DNA of 64,000 nucleotides from Octopus vulgaris (GCA_951406725.2 OX597823.1:117428001-117492000), one strand, 5' to 3'. Counted from the stretch's first letter, positions 1 to 13,641 are shown. Numbers and translations are program-made. The notes: a model not told the origin generated them from the letters alone.

Positions 1-467
1 AATCAAACTCAGTGACTGGCATCCATGGCTAGTGGAGCGCTAAGAGTACCAGATGAGTGAGATCGTTGCCGGAGCAACAAGCTGGCCTTCGTGTCGATGG
101 CACATTAAACACACCATTCGAGGGTGATCGTTACCTGCATCGCCTTAGTAGCACTTGTGCTGGTGGCACGTGAAAAAAAACATTCGCGCAAGGTCGTCGC
201 CAGTGCCGCTGGACTGGCTCCTGTGCAGGTGGCACATAAAAAAGCACCATCTGAGCATGGCCGTTGCCAGTACCACCAAACTGGCTCTCGTGCCAGTGGC
301 ACGTAAAAGCATCCTCTACACTCTCGGAGTGGTTGGCATTAGGAAGGGCATCCAGCTGTAGAAACTCTGCCAGATCAGATTGGAGTCTGGTTCGCCAGAC
401 CTCAGTCAAATCATCCAACCCATGCTAGCATGGAAAGCAGACATTAAATGATGATGATGATGATGAT
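1..467 (+). mobile_element. SINE-like repeat, family B (internal tggcacgtaaaa modules, aggaagggcatccagc core, (ATG)n tail)
   Basis: Same 3' end (acccatgctagcatggaaagc.gac.ttaaa.gatgatg) recurs at about 2125-2557, 27375-27546, 28010-28190, 37600-37750, 47740-47995 (-), 49660-49920 and 56860-57025. Confidence 0.85.
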
Positions 468-1396
468 GTACATATATGTATGTGTGTATATATGTATGTA
501 TATAGATATACACACACACATATATGTATACGTATATACATATACACACACACACACATATATATATAAATATACATATATGTGTGTGTGTGTATATGTA
601 TATACATACACACACATATACATAAATATACGTGTGTATGTGTGTGTGTATAAAATGTTGATGTAGTAGCTTTCAACCGGTGCAGGTGATAATGCTAGAA
701 CATGGAAAATGGCTACTATAGTGGTGTTAACATTTATAATCGTGATTGTGATTGTTGCATAAAAGGTGTTTGCAGCAATAATGCTGATTGTGGGGAGAAA
801 TGATAATGGTGGAAAAGTGGGGACAATGATGATGATGATGGTGTCGGGGAATTTTTTTTCTTTTTTCCTTCATTGTTTCAATTAATGCCTGACAACTTTT
901 GTTTCCATGTTAGTCAGAAAATATCTTCTGTTCCATGTGTTTGTCAGGTTTTTATTATGAAATATATTTATTCTTACCATTCTGCACCACATACAGAAAT
1001 CCACCCATGGACATGCAATTATAAATGGGCCTATCTATGTATAAGTATATGATACTGTGTTTCTATCTGTCTACCCACTTTCTTTCTCCCTCTAACACGT
1101 GTTCTATAATCCTGTCACATTTTAAATTAGCTTAATGTTAATGTTTATCTTGGTTGTGGCCTCTTGAAAAGGAATGTTAATGCAATTTTTGAAGTACCTT
1201 ATTTATAATATATATATATTCTTATATATATGTGTGGCGGGTGTGTGTGTGTGTACATATACATATTATATATGTATTTATATATATACATTTATTTATT
1301 TATATAGATACATTATTTATATCCATATATTTATTTGTTTATATATATACATTTATTAATTTATAAATATAAATGTATATATAAATATATATAAAT

Positions 1397-1431
<35 letters not shown>

Positions 1432-2124
1432 AATATATATATATATAAATAAATATATATATATAACTAAATATATATATATAAATAAATATATATATAT
1501 ATTATATATATGTATATAAATATATATATATATATATATCGTACACATACATATATATATAGTACACATACATATATATTTATTTATGAGTGTGTGTGTT
1601 TGTATATATGTAGGTGTGTGTAGGGGTGCATTTCTGTACATTTGTACATGTGTGTAAATCTGAATGTTCCAAAGTTATTATGTAAGGTTATATTCTGTGC
1701 CTCAAGTGCTGTGATTCAGACTAACAACAGTGAATATATCATCAACTACACAAAAGGAACAAAAATTTTAAATAATATGAGGTTAAAACATCCATTAGAT
1801 AACATACACATACACACACACACACATGCATATATAAATATATGTGCATGTGTATATATGTGTGTGTGTGTGTGTGTATGCACACATTTTTCTCTCTTTA
1901 ATTCACATCATTTTTAAACAGTATTTCTATCCTTATGCAATCGCTTAAGCCAAAACAATTACAGATAGTGAGAATCCGAATACCAATAGTGTAAAGTATC
2001 TGTTGTTTTCAAGTAAATAAACGAATCCAAACCTTCAATTTCTCCAAACTATTAGGTCCTCATTAGAAATTTGACATCAGCTTTCCATGCTGGTAGGGTT
2101 TGGGTCTTTACATTCCATGTCACT

Positions 2125-2557
2125 TGACCATTCGAGTGTGATTATTACCAGCGTCGCCTTACTGGCACTTGTGCCCATGCTAGTAGGGTGCCAAGAGCAC
2201 TATCTGAGTGTGATCATTGCCAGAGCAGCCAACTGGCCAGTGGCACGTAAAAGGGCACCATTCGAGCGTAATCATTACCAATGTCACCCTACTGGCACCT
2301 GTGCCAGTGGCATGTGTAAAAATATTTGAGTGAAGTCATTGCCAGTACCGCCTGACTGGCCCCCGTGCCAGTGGCATGTAAAAAGCACCCACTACATTCT
2401 CGGAGTGGTTGGCATTAGGAAGGACATCCAGCTGTAGAAACTCTGCCAAATCAAGATTGGGGCCTGGTGCAGCCATCAGGTTCACCAGCCCTCAGTCAAA
2501 ATCGTCCAACCCATGCTAGCATGGAAAGTGGACGTTAAACGATGATGATGATGATGA
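2125..2557 (+). mobile_element. SINE-like repeat, family B
   Basis: Colinear with the 1-467 copy; ends in gatgatgatg. Confidence 0.85.
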
Positions 2558-3098
2558 ATCCCTCTTAGGTCATAGAAATATGTTTCACTTGAACATTATA
2601 TTTTTGGCATGGTTTTGCTGGCCATATGCCCTTCCCAACGCCATCTATTTTACAGTATACTGGCTGCATTTTATCATGGTACCACCAGTAGTGGTTGTCA
2701 TGTACTCAGCCAGAGTAAAGAGTTCCACCAAACGTGTACTCTGTTTATTTGCCATCTATTTTACAGAGTGTTTGTTGTGTATGTGTGTGCACATGTATCA
2801 TCGTTTCATCATCATATTTGACCTTCACGTTTCCATGCTTACATTGGTCAGACAGAATTCATAGAGGTAGATTTTCTACAGCCAGATGTTGCCACTCCAG
2901 TGATCACCCTCACATGTTTCCTCAAAACCAGACATGCCTTTCATGGAAGATTGGGAGAGAATGACATCATTTATATGATACTCACACTTGTTTTCAAGCA
3001 TCGCACACTGTCTAGACAAGTGAACACTTTCGGACACACATATATACACAACACACACACAAATACATGTATATAGAGTTGTCTAAAAATACAATCTG

Positions 3099-3137
3099 AA
3101 CCTGATGAATGCTTAAATGCAAGAAAGTATACTAGTT
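3099..3137 (+). ncRNA. Minimal type-I hammerhead ribozyme motif
   Basis: aac CTGATGA atgc-ttaaat-gcaa GAAA gtatac TA gtt; palindromic stem III AGTATACT, CUA site, short stem I; host element ends at (TA)n at 3302. Confidence 0.6.
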
Positions 3138-3329
3138 GAATGAGAATAGACATTTAATATTTAATTTTCAATACTTCATTTGTTCAATAAGATAATCGAT
3201 ACTTCATTTCATTTTTTCTTACTATATATTCTATATTCTATATTAATAATATAAGAATATAAATAAAACATAAAAAACAGAGTTGGAATTCCTTTGAGTA
3301 ACATATATATATATATATATATATATATA

Positions 3330-3729
3330 ACATTATAATCAAGGATAAAATCTGTAGAGGATTTTATCAAGTACCTGGCATGTAATAAACCATTTAAGAC
3401 AACTACTGAGTAGCGCCACATACTAGAAATAGATGCCAAATGGCTCTAAAACTAACCTATTTATCACATAGACAAGGGCTGAAAGTGAAGGAAATGAACA
3501 AAAAAGATTTCTAGTTTAGGAATGTAATGCTCCTTACCAGCATCAGTATCACATATTTAAGAGTACATAATTCTAAACATTTATATATATTATATGAACA
3601 AAACGTATCCACTGTGCATATACAAATGTTCACATTTATATACATGTTAAATCTAGTTCTGCATCTATGTGATAAATAAGGTAGTTTTAGAGCCATTTGG
3701 CATCTACTTCTAGCATGTGGTACTACTCA
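3330..3729 (-). mobile_element. Penelope-like pLTR fragment with inverted duplication
   Basis: Abuts (TA)n; terminal hairpin 3344-3368; inverted arms about 3407-3472 and 3664-3729; degenerate hammerhead core on - strand 3506-3546. Confidence 0.6.
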
Positions 3730-3730
3730 T

Positions 3731-3882
3731 GTGCGGTAAGTAGCTTGCTTACAAACCACATGGTTCTGGGTTCAGTCCCATTGCATGGGACCTTGCGCAA
3801 GTGTCTTCTACTATAGCCTCAGGCTGACTATACCCTCAGGCCTTGTGAGTGGATTTGGTAGACAGAAACTGAAAGAAGCCCC

Positions 3883-3926
<44 letters not shown>

Positions 3927-4115
3927 TATATATATGTGTGTATGTGTGTGCATATGTTTGTGTGTTAGTGTCTGTCCCTCCAACATCGCTTGACAACCGT
4001 AACTTAGCAGTTCAGTAAAAGAGACTGATAGAATAAGTTCTAGGGTCGATTTGCAAAACTAAAGCCAGTGCTCCAGTCTGGCCACAGACAAATGACTGAA
4101 ACAAGTAAAAGAACA
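3731..4115 (+). mobile_element. tRNA/CORE-type SINE, family A (internal TA/TG microsatellite, LINE-like tail)
   Basis: ggttcagtcccac..accttgggcaagtgtcttctactatag head and gactgaaacaagtaaaaga tail; more than 12 copies in the window. Confidence 0.85.
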
Positions 4116-4236
4116 AAAGAATATATATATAGATATATAGTGAATCCAAACATGAACAAGCAAGAAAAAACAACAATGCGAGGACGTGGAATAAGTACAG
4201 TGTTTTTGGATGCTCAGGAAAGGAAAGAAAAGAGGG

Positions 4237-4269
4237 TTTCACGTTTCGAGCAGAACTCTTCATCAGAAA
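4237..4269 (-). ncRNA. Minimal hammerhead motif, likely inactive (GUG site)
   Basis: Reverse complement: ttt CTGATGA a gag-ttctg-ctc GAAA cg TG aaa; the tail to (TA)n resembles those of the 25183 and 33132 copies. Confidence 0.6.
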
Positions 4270-4439
4270 TATAGAAAATGTCCAAAGAAGGGAAGAAAGA
4301 GAAAGAAATCGCCAACGATACACATGCGGAGATACATTTTATTTATAGTGTCATAGTTTCAGGTGACATAATGAGGTAAGACATCGAAAGGTTTATGGCA
4401 ACAAAAGAAATGAAGAATAGAAAGCGAAACTATAAGTAA

Positions 4440-4917
4440 ATGCCTCATGTGTGTCTCTGAGTATCAAATAAAACCTATCAGGAGAAGCAGACACCAGTAT
4501 TTTCATCCTATTTTCAGTTTTTAAGCCTATAACATTTTCCAAGCACTTCCTTTATCAAGTATGTTCTAATCATCAATGGTTCTACATGGATGCTGACAGC
4601 ATAAAACTACAGAGAAATCAGAAGGTATTAAAAACAAACAAGGCAGAGCTGAGAGAGAGAAATAAATTTCTTCAATATATTGGCTTTAATAAATTCTGCA
4701 GATGAAATGAACAATTTGAAAGACGAAGTAATTGTAAAGTATGTAAGCTTCTATTATGCAAGGAAGCAGAAATACATGGAATGGCAGAGATACACAGATT
4801 GGCAAGGACATGGTAATGCAGGCTCTCATATGTGGCCAGAGTTGTGATGTTTAAATCATGTATTAACTCTCTTTTTGACATATTTATTTTGATATACACT
4901 GGCTTTGTTTGATTCAA
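4440..4917 (-). pseudogene. Dynein heavy chain-like pseudo-exon, AAA6 region
   Basis: NQTKPVYI..LLRLSNCSF..AVSIHVEPLMIRTYL resembles SPTTPLIFIL..VLLQNCHL..SVKITNEPPKGIRANL; in-frame stops. Confidence 0.55.
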
Positions 4918-4964
4918 TTAATTTTGACTGAATTTGAAAATACGGAAGAGTTTAGTAAAATCGT

Positions 4965-5235
4965 GGGGCTCTGTCAGTTACGACGACGAGGGTTCCAGTT
5001 GATCCTACCAACAGAACAGCCTGTTTGTGAAATTAACATGCAAGCGGCTGAGTACTCCACAGACACGTGTACCCTTAACGTAGTCCTCGGGGAGATTCAG
5101 CGTGACACAGAGTGTGACAAGGCTGGCCCTTTAAAATACAGATACAACAGAAACAGGAAGAAAGAGTGAGAGAAAGTTGTGGTGAAAGAGTACAGCTGGG
5201 TTCAACACCACCCCCTGCTGGAGCCTCATGGGGCT
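4965..5235 (-). mobile_element. SINE family D fragment
   Basis: gaaagagtgagagaaagttgtgg..aagagtacagc segment shared with the 25950-26235 and 31575-31880 copies. Confidence 0.7.
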
Positions 5236-5686
5236 TTATTAAAATATTAAATTGATGTTATGGATATAAATTAGCATGACATTTTGATGGAAGGGTTATA
5301 ATTAAGGTTATTTTTAAAGGGTATGATAGAAATAAGGGCTGTCTAAGGTAGGATGGTACCATAAGGGTTAAACTGTTGACAGAAAATTGTTTAAACTGTG
5401 CTTATTGATATTGTAGAGAAGCAATATTAACCTACCAAATAAGTTATCTACATTTCTGTATGAGAGGTATTGAAAAAACCAAAACCTCTGTCTTGTTTCA
5501 TTGATCATACTATCATATTCTAATCTGAAACAAGGCATCTTATTTAGAAATAATTTATGTTCTTCTCTGTTCTGAGTGAATTATACTGAAACCAGGTGTG
5601 TACAAGAATCTATGGTTTTTACTACAGTCTTGTATTATCTCCTAATATAATAATGGGCATAGTGTTTTTATATATTTGTATGTATA

Positions 5687-5731
<45 letters not shown>

Positions 5732-6056
5732 CCATAATCATGCTGGACGCAAAGGAGGAGAGAAAATAGTAATTCAGTGAAGGAGAAGTAGTGAGAATAA
5801 TAGCCCTGACTGAGAGGGAGTGAGAGAAAGTAATAGCAATGAGAGAAAAGAAGGGGTGATAGATGAACAAGGAAGGAAGGGGTGAAAAAAATCAGTATTT
5901 GAACTCTGTGTAAGTATGTGTGTGCATGTACAAGGGAAGTATGTGAATGTTTGTATTAGCTGTCATTATTGTTGGCATGTGGTCAGCTAATTTGATAATA
6001 TACACAAGTATGTAGTTGACATTCTAATAGTTTCATACCAATATATAAACAATCAA

Positions 6057-6275
6057 AGGCGGTGAGCTGGCAGAAATGTTAGCATGCCAGGTGAAATGCT
6101 TAGCAGTATTTCACCTGTCTTACGTTCTGAGTTCAAATTCTGCTGAGGTCAACTTTGCCTATCATCTTTCTGGGGTTGATAAATTAAGTACCAGTTGCAT
6201 ACTGGGGCCGATCTAATTGACTGGTGCCCTCCCCCAAAATTTCGAGCCTTGTGCCTAGAGCAGAAAAGAATAAAA
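6057..6275 (+). mobile_element. tRNA-derived SINE, family C (Meta/Nin-like central core)
   Basis: ggcggtgagctggcagaa head, gagttcaaattc B box, actttgcctttcatcct..ggggtcgataaattaagtacc core. Confidence 0.8.
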
Positions 6276-6609
6276 TAAGTACCAGTTGAGTAGATGTAAT
6301 CAACTATACGTCTCGCCTGAATCTGCTGGCCTTCTGCAAAAATCTGAAATCTATATCTTTGTGTAGTGAAATCTTCAAGTTATACACATGCACACATATA
6401 CGTGTGCACTCACACACACAAAGTGTTGTGGATTCAAGGTCAGTCATGTCCCCACCTCTACATTATTTCATGTTTTCTCCATTAACACTGTCATTTACAT
6501 ATGAGGGGTTTTACAAAACAAAGTCCAATTCACCATTTATTGTTCATTGAACACTACTGTATTACTACTCACACTACACTATTATTGTATGAATTCCCCT
6601 TCATTAACC

Positions 6610-6840
6610 TATTTCTTTATTACCCACAAGGGGCTAAACACAGAGGGGACAAACAAGGACAGACATAGGTATTAAGTCAATTACATCGACCCCAGTGCAT
6701 AACTGGTAATTATTTAATCGACCCCGAAGGGATGAAAGGCAAAGTCGACCTCGGGGGAATTTGAACTCAGAACGTAGCGGCAGACGAAATACCGTCCAGC
6801 ACTTCGCCCGGTGTGCTAACGTTTCTGCCAGCTCACCGCC
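6610..6840 (-). mobile_element. SINE family C, full length with target-site duplication
   Basis: Flanked by direct repeat cttcattaacc (6599-6609 and 6840-6850). Confidence 0.85.
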
Positions 6841-6899
6841 TTCATTAACCATTTCACGACTCACTACAACATTGTTATACTCCCCACCTTACATCACTA

Positions 6900-9720
6900 T
6901 TTTACGTTCACTATCCTCTCTATAACACTGTATCATTATGATCAGTGATCATATAGGTGATCACTCACTATGATCACCTATAGTAGGACAGATGAACACA
7001 AATCCTACTTTTTTGTTCACTATCCTCTCTATAACACTTTATCATTATGTTCACTCCCTATGATCACCAGTAGTAGGACAGATGAACACAAATCCCTACT
7101 TTTTGTTCACTATCCTCTCTATAACACTGTATCATTATGTTCACTCCCTATGATCACCTATAGTAAGGACAGATGAACACAGATCCTACGTTTTTGTTCA
7201 TGAAAGATGATATATTCTTTTACGTTCACTATCCTCTCTTATAACACTGTATCATTATGTTCACTCCCTATGATCACCTATAGTAGGACAGATGAACACA
7301 AATCCTACTTTTTTGTTCACTATCCTCTCTATAACACTGTATCATTATGTTCACTCCCTATGATCACCTATAGTAGGACAGATGAACACAGATCCTACGT
7401 TTTTGTTCATGAAAGATGATATATTCTTTTACGTTCACTATCCTCTCTTATAACACTGTATCATTATGTTCACTCCCTATGATCACCAGTAGTAGGACAG
7501 ATGAACACAAATCCTACTTTTTTGTTCACTATCCTCTCTATAACACTGTATCATTATGTTCACTCCCTATGATCACCTATAGTAGGACAGACGAACACAG
7601 ATCCTACGTTTTTGTTCATGAAAGATGATATATTCTTTTACGTTCACTATCCTCTCTTATAACACTGTATCATTATGTTCACTCCCCATGATCACCTGTA
7701 GTAGGACAGATGAACACAGATCCTACGTTTTTGTTCATGAAAGATTATATATTCTTTTACGTTCACTATCCTCTCTTATAACACTGTATCATTATGTTCA
7801 CTCCCTATGATCACCTATAGTAGGACAGATGAACACAAATCCTACTTTTTGTTCACTATCCTCTCTATAACACTGTATCATTATGTTCACTCCCTATGAT
7901 CACCTATAGTAGGACAGATGAACACAAATCCTACTTTTTGTTCACTATACTTTCTATAACACTGTATCATTATGTTCACTCCCTATGATCACCTGTAGTA
8001 GGACAGATGAACACAAATCCTACTTTTTTGTTCACTATCCTCTCTATAACACTGTATCATTATGTTCACTCCCTATGATCACCTATAGTAGGACAGATGA
8101 ACACAAATCCTACTTTTTTGTTCACTATCCTCTCTATAACACTGTATCATTATGTTCACTCCCTATGATCACCTATAGTAGGACAGATGAACACAAATCC
8201 TACTTTTTTGTTCACTATCCTCTCTATAACACTGTATCATTATGTTCACTCCCTATGATCACCTGTAGTAGGACAGATGAACACAAATCCTACTTTTTTG
8301 TTCACTATCCTCTCTATAACACTGTATCATTATGTTCACTCCCTACGATCACCTATAGTAGGACAGATGAACACAGATCCTACATTTTTGTTCATGAAAG
8401 ATGATATATTCTTTTACGTTCACTATCCTCTCTATAACACTGTATCATTATGTTCACTCCCTATGATCACCTATAGTAGGACAGATGAACACAAATCCTA
8501 CATTTTTGTTCACTATCCTCTCTATAACACTGTATCATTATGTTCACTCCCTATGATCACCTATAGTAAGACAGATGAACACAGATCCTACGTTTTTGTT
8601 CATGAAAGATGATATATTCTTTTACGTTCACTATCCTCTCTTATAACACTGTATCATTATGTTCACTCCCTATGATCACCTATAGTAGGACAGATGAACA
8701 CAAATCCTACTTTTTTGTTCACTATCCTCTCTATAACACTGTATCATTATGTTCACTCCCTATGATCACCTATAGTAGGACAGATGAACACAGATCCTTC
8801 GGTTTGGTTCATGAAAGATTATATATTCTTTTACGTTCACTGTCCTCTCTTATAACACTGTATCATTATGTTCACTCCCCATGATCACCTGTAGTAGGAC
8901 AGATGAACACAAATCCTACTTTTTTATTCACTATCCTCTCTATAACAATGTATCATTATGTTCACTCCCTATGATCACGTATAGTAGGACAGATGAACAC
9001 AGATCCTACATTTTTGTTCATGAAAGATGATGTATTCTTTTACGTTTACTATCCTCTCAATAACACTGTATCATTATGTTCACTCCCTATGATCACCTGT
9101 AGTAGGACAGATGAACACAAATCCTACTTTTTTGTTCACTATCCTCTCTATAACACTGTATCATTATGTTCACTCCCTATGATCACCTATAGTAGGACAG
9201 ATGAACACAGATCCTACGTTTTTGTTCATGAAAGATGATATATTCTTTTACGTTCACTATCCTCTCTATAACGCTGTATCATTATATTCACTCCCTATGA
9301 TCACCTATAGTAGGACAGATGAACACGGATCCTACATTTTTGTTCATGAAAGATGATATATTCTTTTACGTTCACTATCCTCTCTATAACACTGTATCAT
9401 TATGTTCACTCCCTATGACCACCTATAGTAGGACAGATGAACACAGATCCTACGTTTTTGTTCATGAAAGATGATATATTCTTTTACGTTCACTATCCTC
9501 TCAATAACACTGTATTACAATGTTCACTCCCTATGATCACCTAAAGTAGGACAGATGAACTCAGATCCTACCTTTTTGTTCATGAAAGATGATATATTCT
9601 TTATGTTTACTATCCTCTCTATAACACTGTATCATTATGTTCCCTCCCTATGATAACCTATATTAGGACAGATAAACACAGATCCTACTTTTTTGTTCAT
9701 GAAAGATGATATATTCTTTC
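6900..9720. repeat. Tandem array of 27 units in two length variants (about 90 bp and 118-119 bp) with 209-bp higher-order repeats
   Basis: 90-bp period at 7981/8071/8161; long unit adds ttcatgaaagatgatatattcttttacg; ORFs at 7207/7416/7625 are 209 bp apart. Confidence 0.97.
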
Positions 9721-10399
9721 TGTGTTATTGTGAGATATCAACAAAGACTACAGTGCTAATATCCTGAACAGTTAGCTAATCCAGAGAGGTGAAATTTGAA
9801 ACAGGCACCTCTATAGGCAGGTGTTAGGTAATAAACTGTCAGGTGATAGGATTAGTGTGGTTCTATTTCTGGATTGCTCCCCCCCATTCCCCAAATAAAT
9901 ATTGTGAATCACGTACTTCTTCATCCATTTGTTTTTGTTAGGCTGTTTGTTTACAGTTTATGCCTCATTGACTTACTTGTAAGGAATGATGCCCAAACCA
10001 TAAAATTAACTATGCTCTGGCAATGTTCCGTTCAGGAGAGAGGAAAAGCCTTCATCTTACCCATGTAAACATGCAGAATGGACATTAAACATTAACAAAC
10101 ATCAAAAGATTTACTTGGCTTCTATGTGAATGGTTGTTTCACATCAAAGCAGAACATACATCATTTTCCCCCCAATATGATCTTTCCTCATTTCTGTTTA
10201 CATGCTCCAAAATATACTGCAGCTTGGTTAAATTTCCCTACAGTTTGCTGTTTATCTTGCGCAGTTGCTACAGTAGTAACACCTTGTCTGTCACATGCAC
10301 ACCGCACTGGCACTCTGGATTCTACCTAAAACTAAAAACACAAACTATGAAAAACTTCATCATCATCATTATTACTACTGCCACTACTACTACTACTAC

Positions 10400-10451
<52 letters not shown>

Positions 10452-10569
10452 TCAATATTAATTCTTTGCTCATAGCAAAATGGTAAAATTTTAAATACAA
10501 ATTGTTTGTTTATTTAAAATGCTATTTTAGATATAAAATAATTTCATTTTAAATATAATGTGTCTTTAA

Positions 10570-11215
10570 GAGAATTAGAATTACCTCTGATATTAGACGC
10601 TTTTTAATTGGGCAAATTATTGAAAATGTGGTTGTCATTCTCAGTAAAATCTTATTAAATAATCTTTTAATTTTGAATTGAAAATATACGTTCAGAAAAT
10701 TCTATGCTTCATAATTTGTAAGCTCAGTATATACATTATATGAATACATAGATTACTTTTCAATAAGCAATGTTGCTAGTCAAGGTTTTGCTTTCACCAT
10801 TGTCTTGTGTCTTTTTTGGCTTTGAAAAAAAACTTGGCTGTTTGTCGAATAACCACAATAAAAATTCTCATTTTGTGAATGACTGTGTGTATGTTTGCAA
10901 TGTTTGTGGTTGATGATTAGATATCAAAAAGAATTCTTTAATGATAATTTTATCCCCAATATCAATGTAATATTTTAGTGAAACAGCTTAGCTAAAACTT
11001 TCTTATGCATAAACAAAGTGGTAAATGATAAGGAATATTTTCAAGACTTCTTTTCTTAATTTTGCTATTGCTGTATATAAACATATATTTGAACTTAAAA
11101 ATAATATATTTACTTTACAAACAGCAGAATTGACTGTTTTACTTACTTTTGAAACATAGTTTCCTAACCTCAAAAATAGTTTCAAGTGGTACAAGGAACT
11201 GCATTCAATTAATCA
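10570..11215 (-). pseudogene. Dynein heavy chain-like pseudo-exon, between AAA5 and AAA6
   Basis: LYHLKLFLRL..KVNILFLSSNICLYTAIAKLRKEVLKIF..LWLFDKQ resembles YQYSLKAF..RVKNLIDSITYSVYQYVSRGLFE..SWLPDKS; several stops. Confidence 0.5.
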
Positions 11216-11743
11216 AAATAGATTTACAGAAAAAATGTTATTAATTGAAGGTTTTAAAAATACTGTTCTCACAACCTCTCTCTTTCTTCTAACCTCCTCA
11301 TCCTTATCTTTTTATCAACACGAACCTTATTTTCCTTACATTGCACCTGTGAATTCAATGAATAAAGTGGATAACGTCCTTGTGTAGTTTTCCCTTCTCC
11401 AAATTATTTAAAAACCACCTTCATCCGAGGATGGAGAGTGATTGATGGAGGAAAAAAACATGTGGCTCTTCTTACTCTGAGGTCAACTTTACCTTTCATC
11501 TTTTTGCCATTAATAAAATAGTACAAGTTGAGCACTGAGACTGAGGTAATTGGCTAACCCCTTCTCCTTAAGATTGCTGGCCTTGTGCAAAAGTTGAAAT
11601 CATTATTATTATTATTAATACTGTTACTTCAATACTTTTATGTATGTAAGTCTTTACTAAACTTTCACTAAACACCCAAGTACTTTTGGTATGTACCTAG
11701 TGTGTATTCTGTACAATTCCTAGAATTTTGGTTCTGTGTTTAC

Positions 11744-11917
11744 CTGTTTTCTAATTATTCCTAAAGCACCAAGTACAATAAGGATTGTTTCTATTTCCAT
11801 GGCATCTTTGCCTAAAATTGTCTGTGTAAAAGCAATGGCATTATAATTCCCTGTCAACAAATAACACTGTAACACAGTGCTTTGCAAAACAAGTGCAATA
11901 AAAAAAGTAAACTTTAC
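11744..11917 (-). pseudogene. Probable pseudo-exon of the same gene (strut region)
   Basis: Acceptor ttttacag and donor CAG/gtaaac; open frame ALVLQSTVLQCYLLTGNYNAIAFTQTILGKDAMEIETIL; assigned mainly by position. Confidence 0.35.
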
Positions 11918-12040
11918 CTGTAAAACAGATAAGTGTTAGTGACAGGAAGAGCACCCAGCTATAAAAATGAGAAGTTGATTCTATGTTTTCATTCATGTTA
12001 TCAACAAAAAAATAAGTGTTTACCAAATAGATGAAATAAA

Positions 12041-12435
12041 TCTCTATATATATAAAGCTGAAGTTGTCTGTGTATGGCAGGTTTGGTAGCCTTCAACTAA
12101 CACTATCTCCTCCGAGACCCTGCAGCACAAGTTGACCAAAATTGAAAGTATGATAGAAGAAGGCTCGCTCTTCCTTCCGTAGAAGAAAACATTCAAATCA
12201 GACCATGTTAACACTAAAAATTATTTACATCAAAAAGGGGATTTTTTTTTTCTATGGAAATCCCTATTTTTTACGATTTTTTGACTGCTGTGTCGCCATT
12301 TTTCGGTGTATTTCAACCAGAAAAATGTTCACTTAAAGAGAATAACAACCTACATAATGCAAAATTTTTACTTTTCAAAAATTCCAATTCTAAAGGGTCA
12401 AAACAAATCCGAGCAACGCCGGGCGATACTGCTAG
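12041..12435 (+). mobile_element. Non-autonomous Helitron
   Basis: Starts a/TCTCTATATATATAAA; ends with GC hairpin ccgagcaacgccggg plus CTAG/t; inserted between A and T, no TSD. Confidence 0.88.
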
Positions 12436-12519
12436 TTTTGGATATTTCTATTTCCATGTTTCTATATTTGAGTAAATTCTTTAGATCTTTTACTCTCACC
12501 AAAGCTGTATTGTTATATA

Positions 12520-12910
12520 GGCGTAGGAGTGGCTGTGTGGTAAGTAGCTTGTTTACTAACCACATGGTTCCGGGTTCAGTCCCACTGCATGGCACCTTGG
12601 GCAAGTGTCTTCTACTATAGCCTCAGGCCGACCAAAGCCTTGTGAGTGGATTTGGTAGATGGAAACTCAAAGAAGCCCATTGTATATATATATATATATG
12701 TGTATATATGTTTGTGTCTGTGTTTGTCCCCCCCCCCCAACATCGCTTGACAACCGATGCTGGTGTGTTTATGTCCCTGTCACTTAGCAGTTCGGCAAAA
12801 AGAGGCCAATAGAATAAGTACCAGGCTTACAAAGAATAAGTTGATTTGCTCGACAAAAGGCGGTGCTCCAGCATGGCCACAGTCAAATGACTGAAACAAG
12901 TAAAAGAGTA
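12520..12910 (+). mobile_element. SINE family A, full length
   Basis: ggcgtaggagtggctgtgtggtaag head to gtaaaagagta tail. Confidence 0.9.
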
Positions 12911-13641
12911 TTGGAACTGCTATTTTGTACTTCAATTAGGAGAATTTCTTTTCTAGAATAACTTTGACATTAATGTTTGAAAATATTTGCTTTATTCTCA
13001 ATGTATGTGAAACTATTTTGGCTTAAGCTATTACTAGTTGGGTTGTAAAGGGCAGAATTTGTAAATTATCAAATAAAATTATGTCGTATTATTGATCTTC
13101 ACATTTAAATCTTACTAAAATCAAATTTGCTTATACCTTTTCTGAGGCCAATAAAATTTCACACTCCAAATTATTTTGTTGGTCATTCTTCTTCTGCCAG
13201 TTGAAGAGCTAAGAGTCTTGCTTTTCATATAGACACAGTGCATCACATGCGTAATGCCATGCAGCAATGGGAGGCAATTAATGTTGCTAGCTGTGTACCA
13301 GAGAAAAGCAGGGATAATTTATTAAAGTGAGATATGCTGTAGAGAAGTGAGGCTGAATGCTCTAAGAATAGATGGATAACGTGTAAATGTGAGCTGTGTA
13401 ATTACTTATCAATGAATTTTATGGGAAGATTTTAGAAGCACTAAATTAATTGTTAATGAGCTTTGTAGCTTGATTTGTAGATAACAAATTGATGAAGAAT
13501 ATCCTATTGTATATAGAATATCCTATTGTAAAAGGTTTCATTCTTTTACTTTCAAGAGTTAACTTTAATGTTGATACTATTATAGGCTTCTGATTACAAG
13601 TATCCTAAACGATTATATGAAGTCTTGTGGTTTATAGAAAT

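Noticed and set aside
2030-2072. Hammerhead-like CTAATGA..GAAA on the minus strand
   Set aside because: Mutated core with no convincing stem III or cleavage triplet
6900-9720. CRISPR-like array or repeat-protein gene (30-aa unit MITYSRTDEHKSYFFVHYPLYNTVSLCSLP)
   Set aside because: No unique spacers and no cas genes; long units and 89-bp units break the frame
12520-12600. tRNA genes at SINE heads
   Set aside because: A and B boxes are present but continue into SINE bodies; no complete cloverleaf
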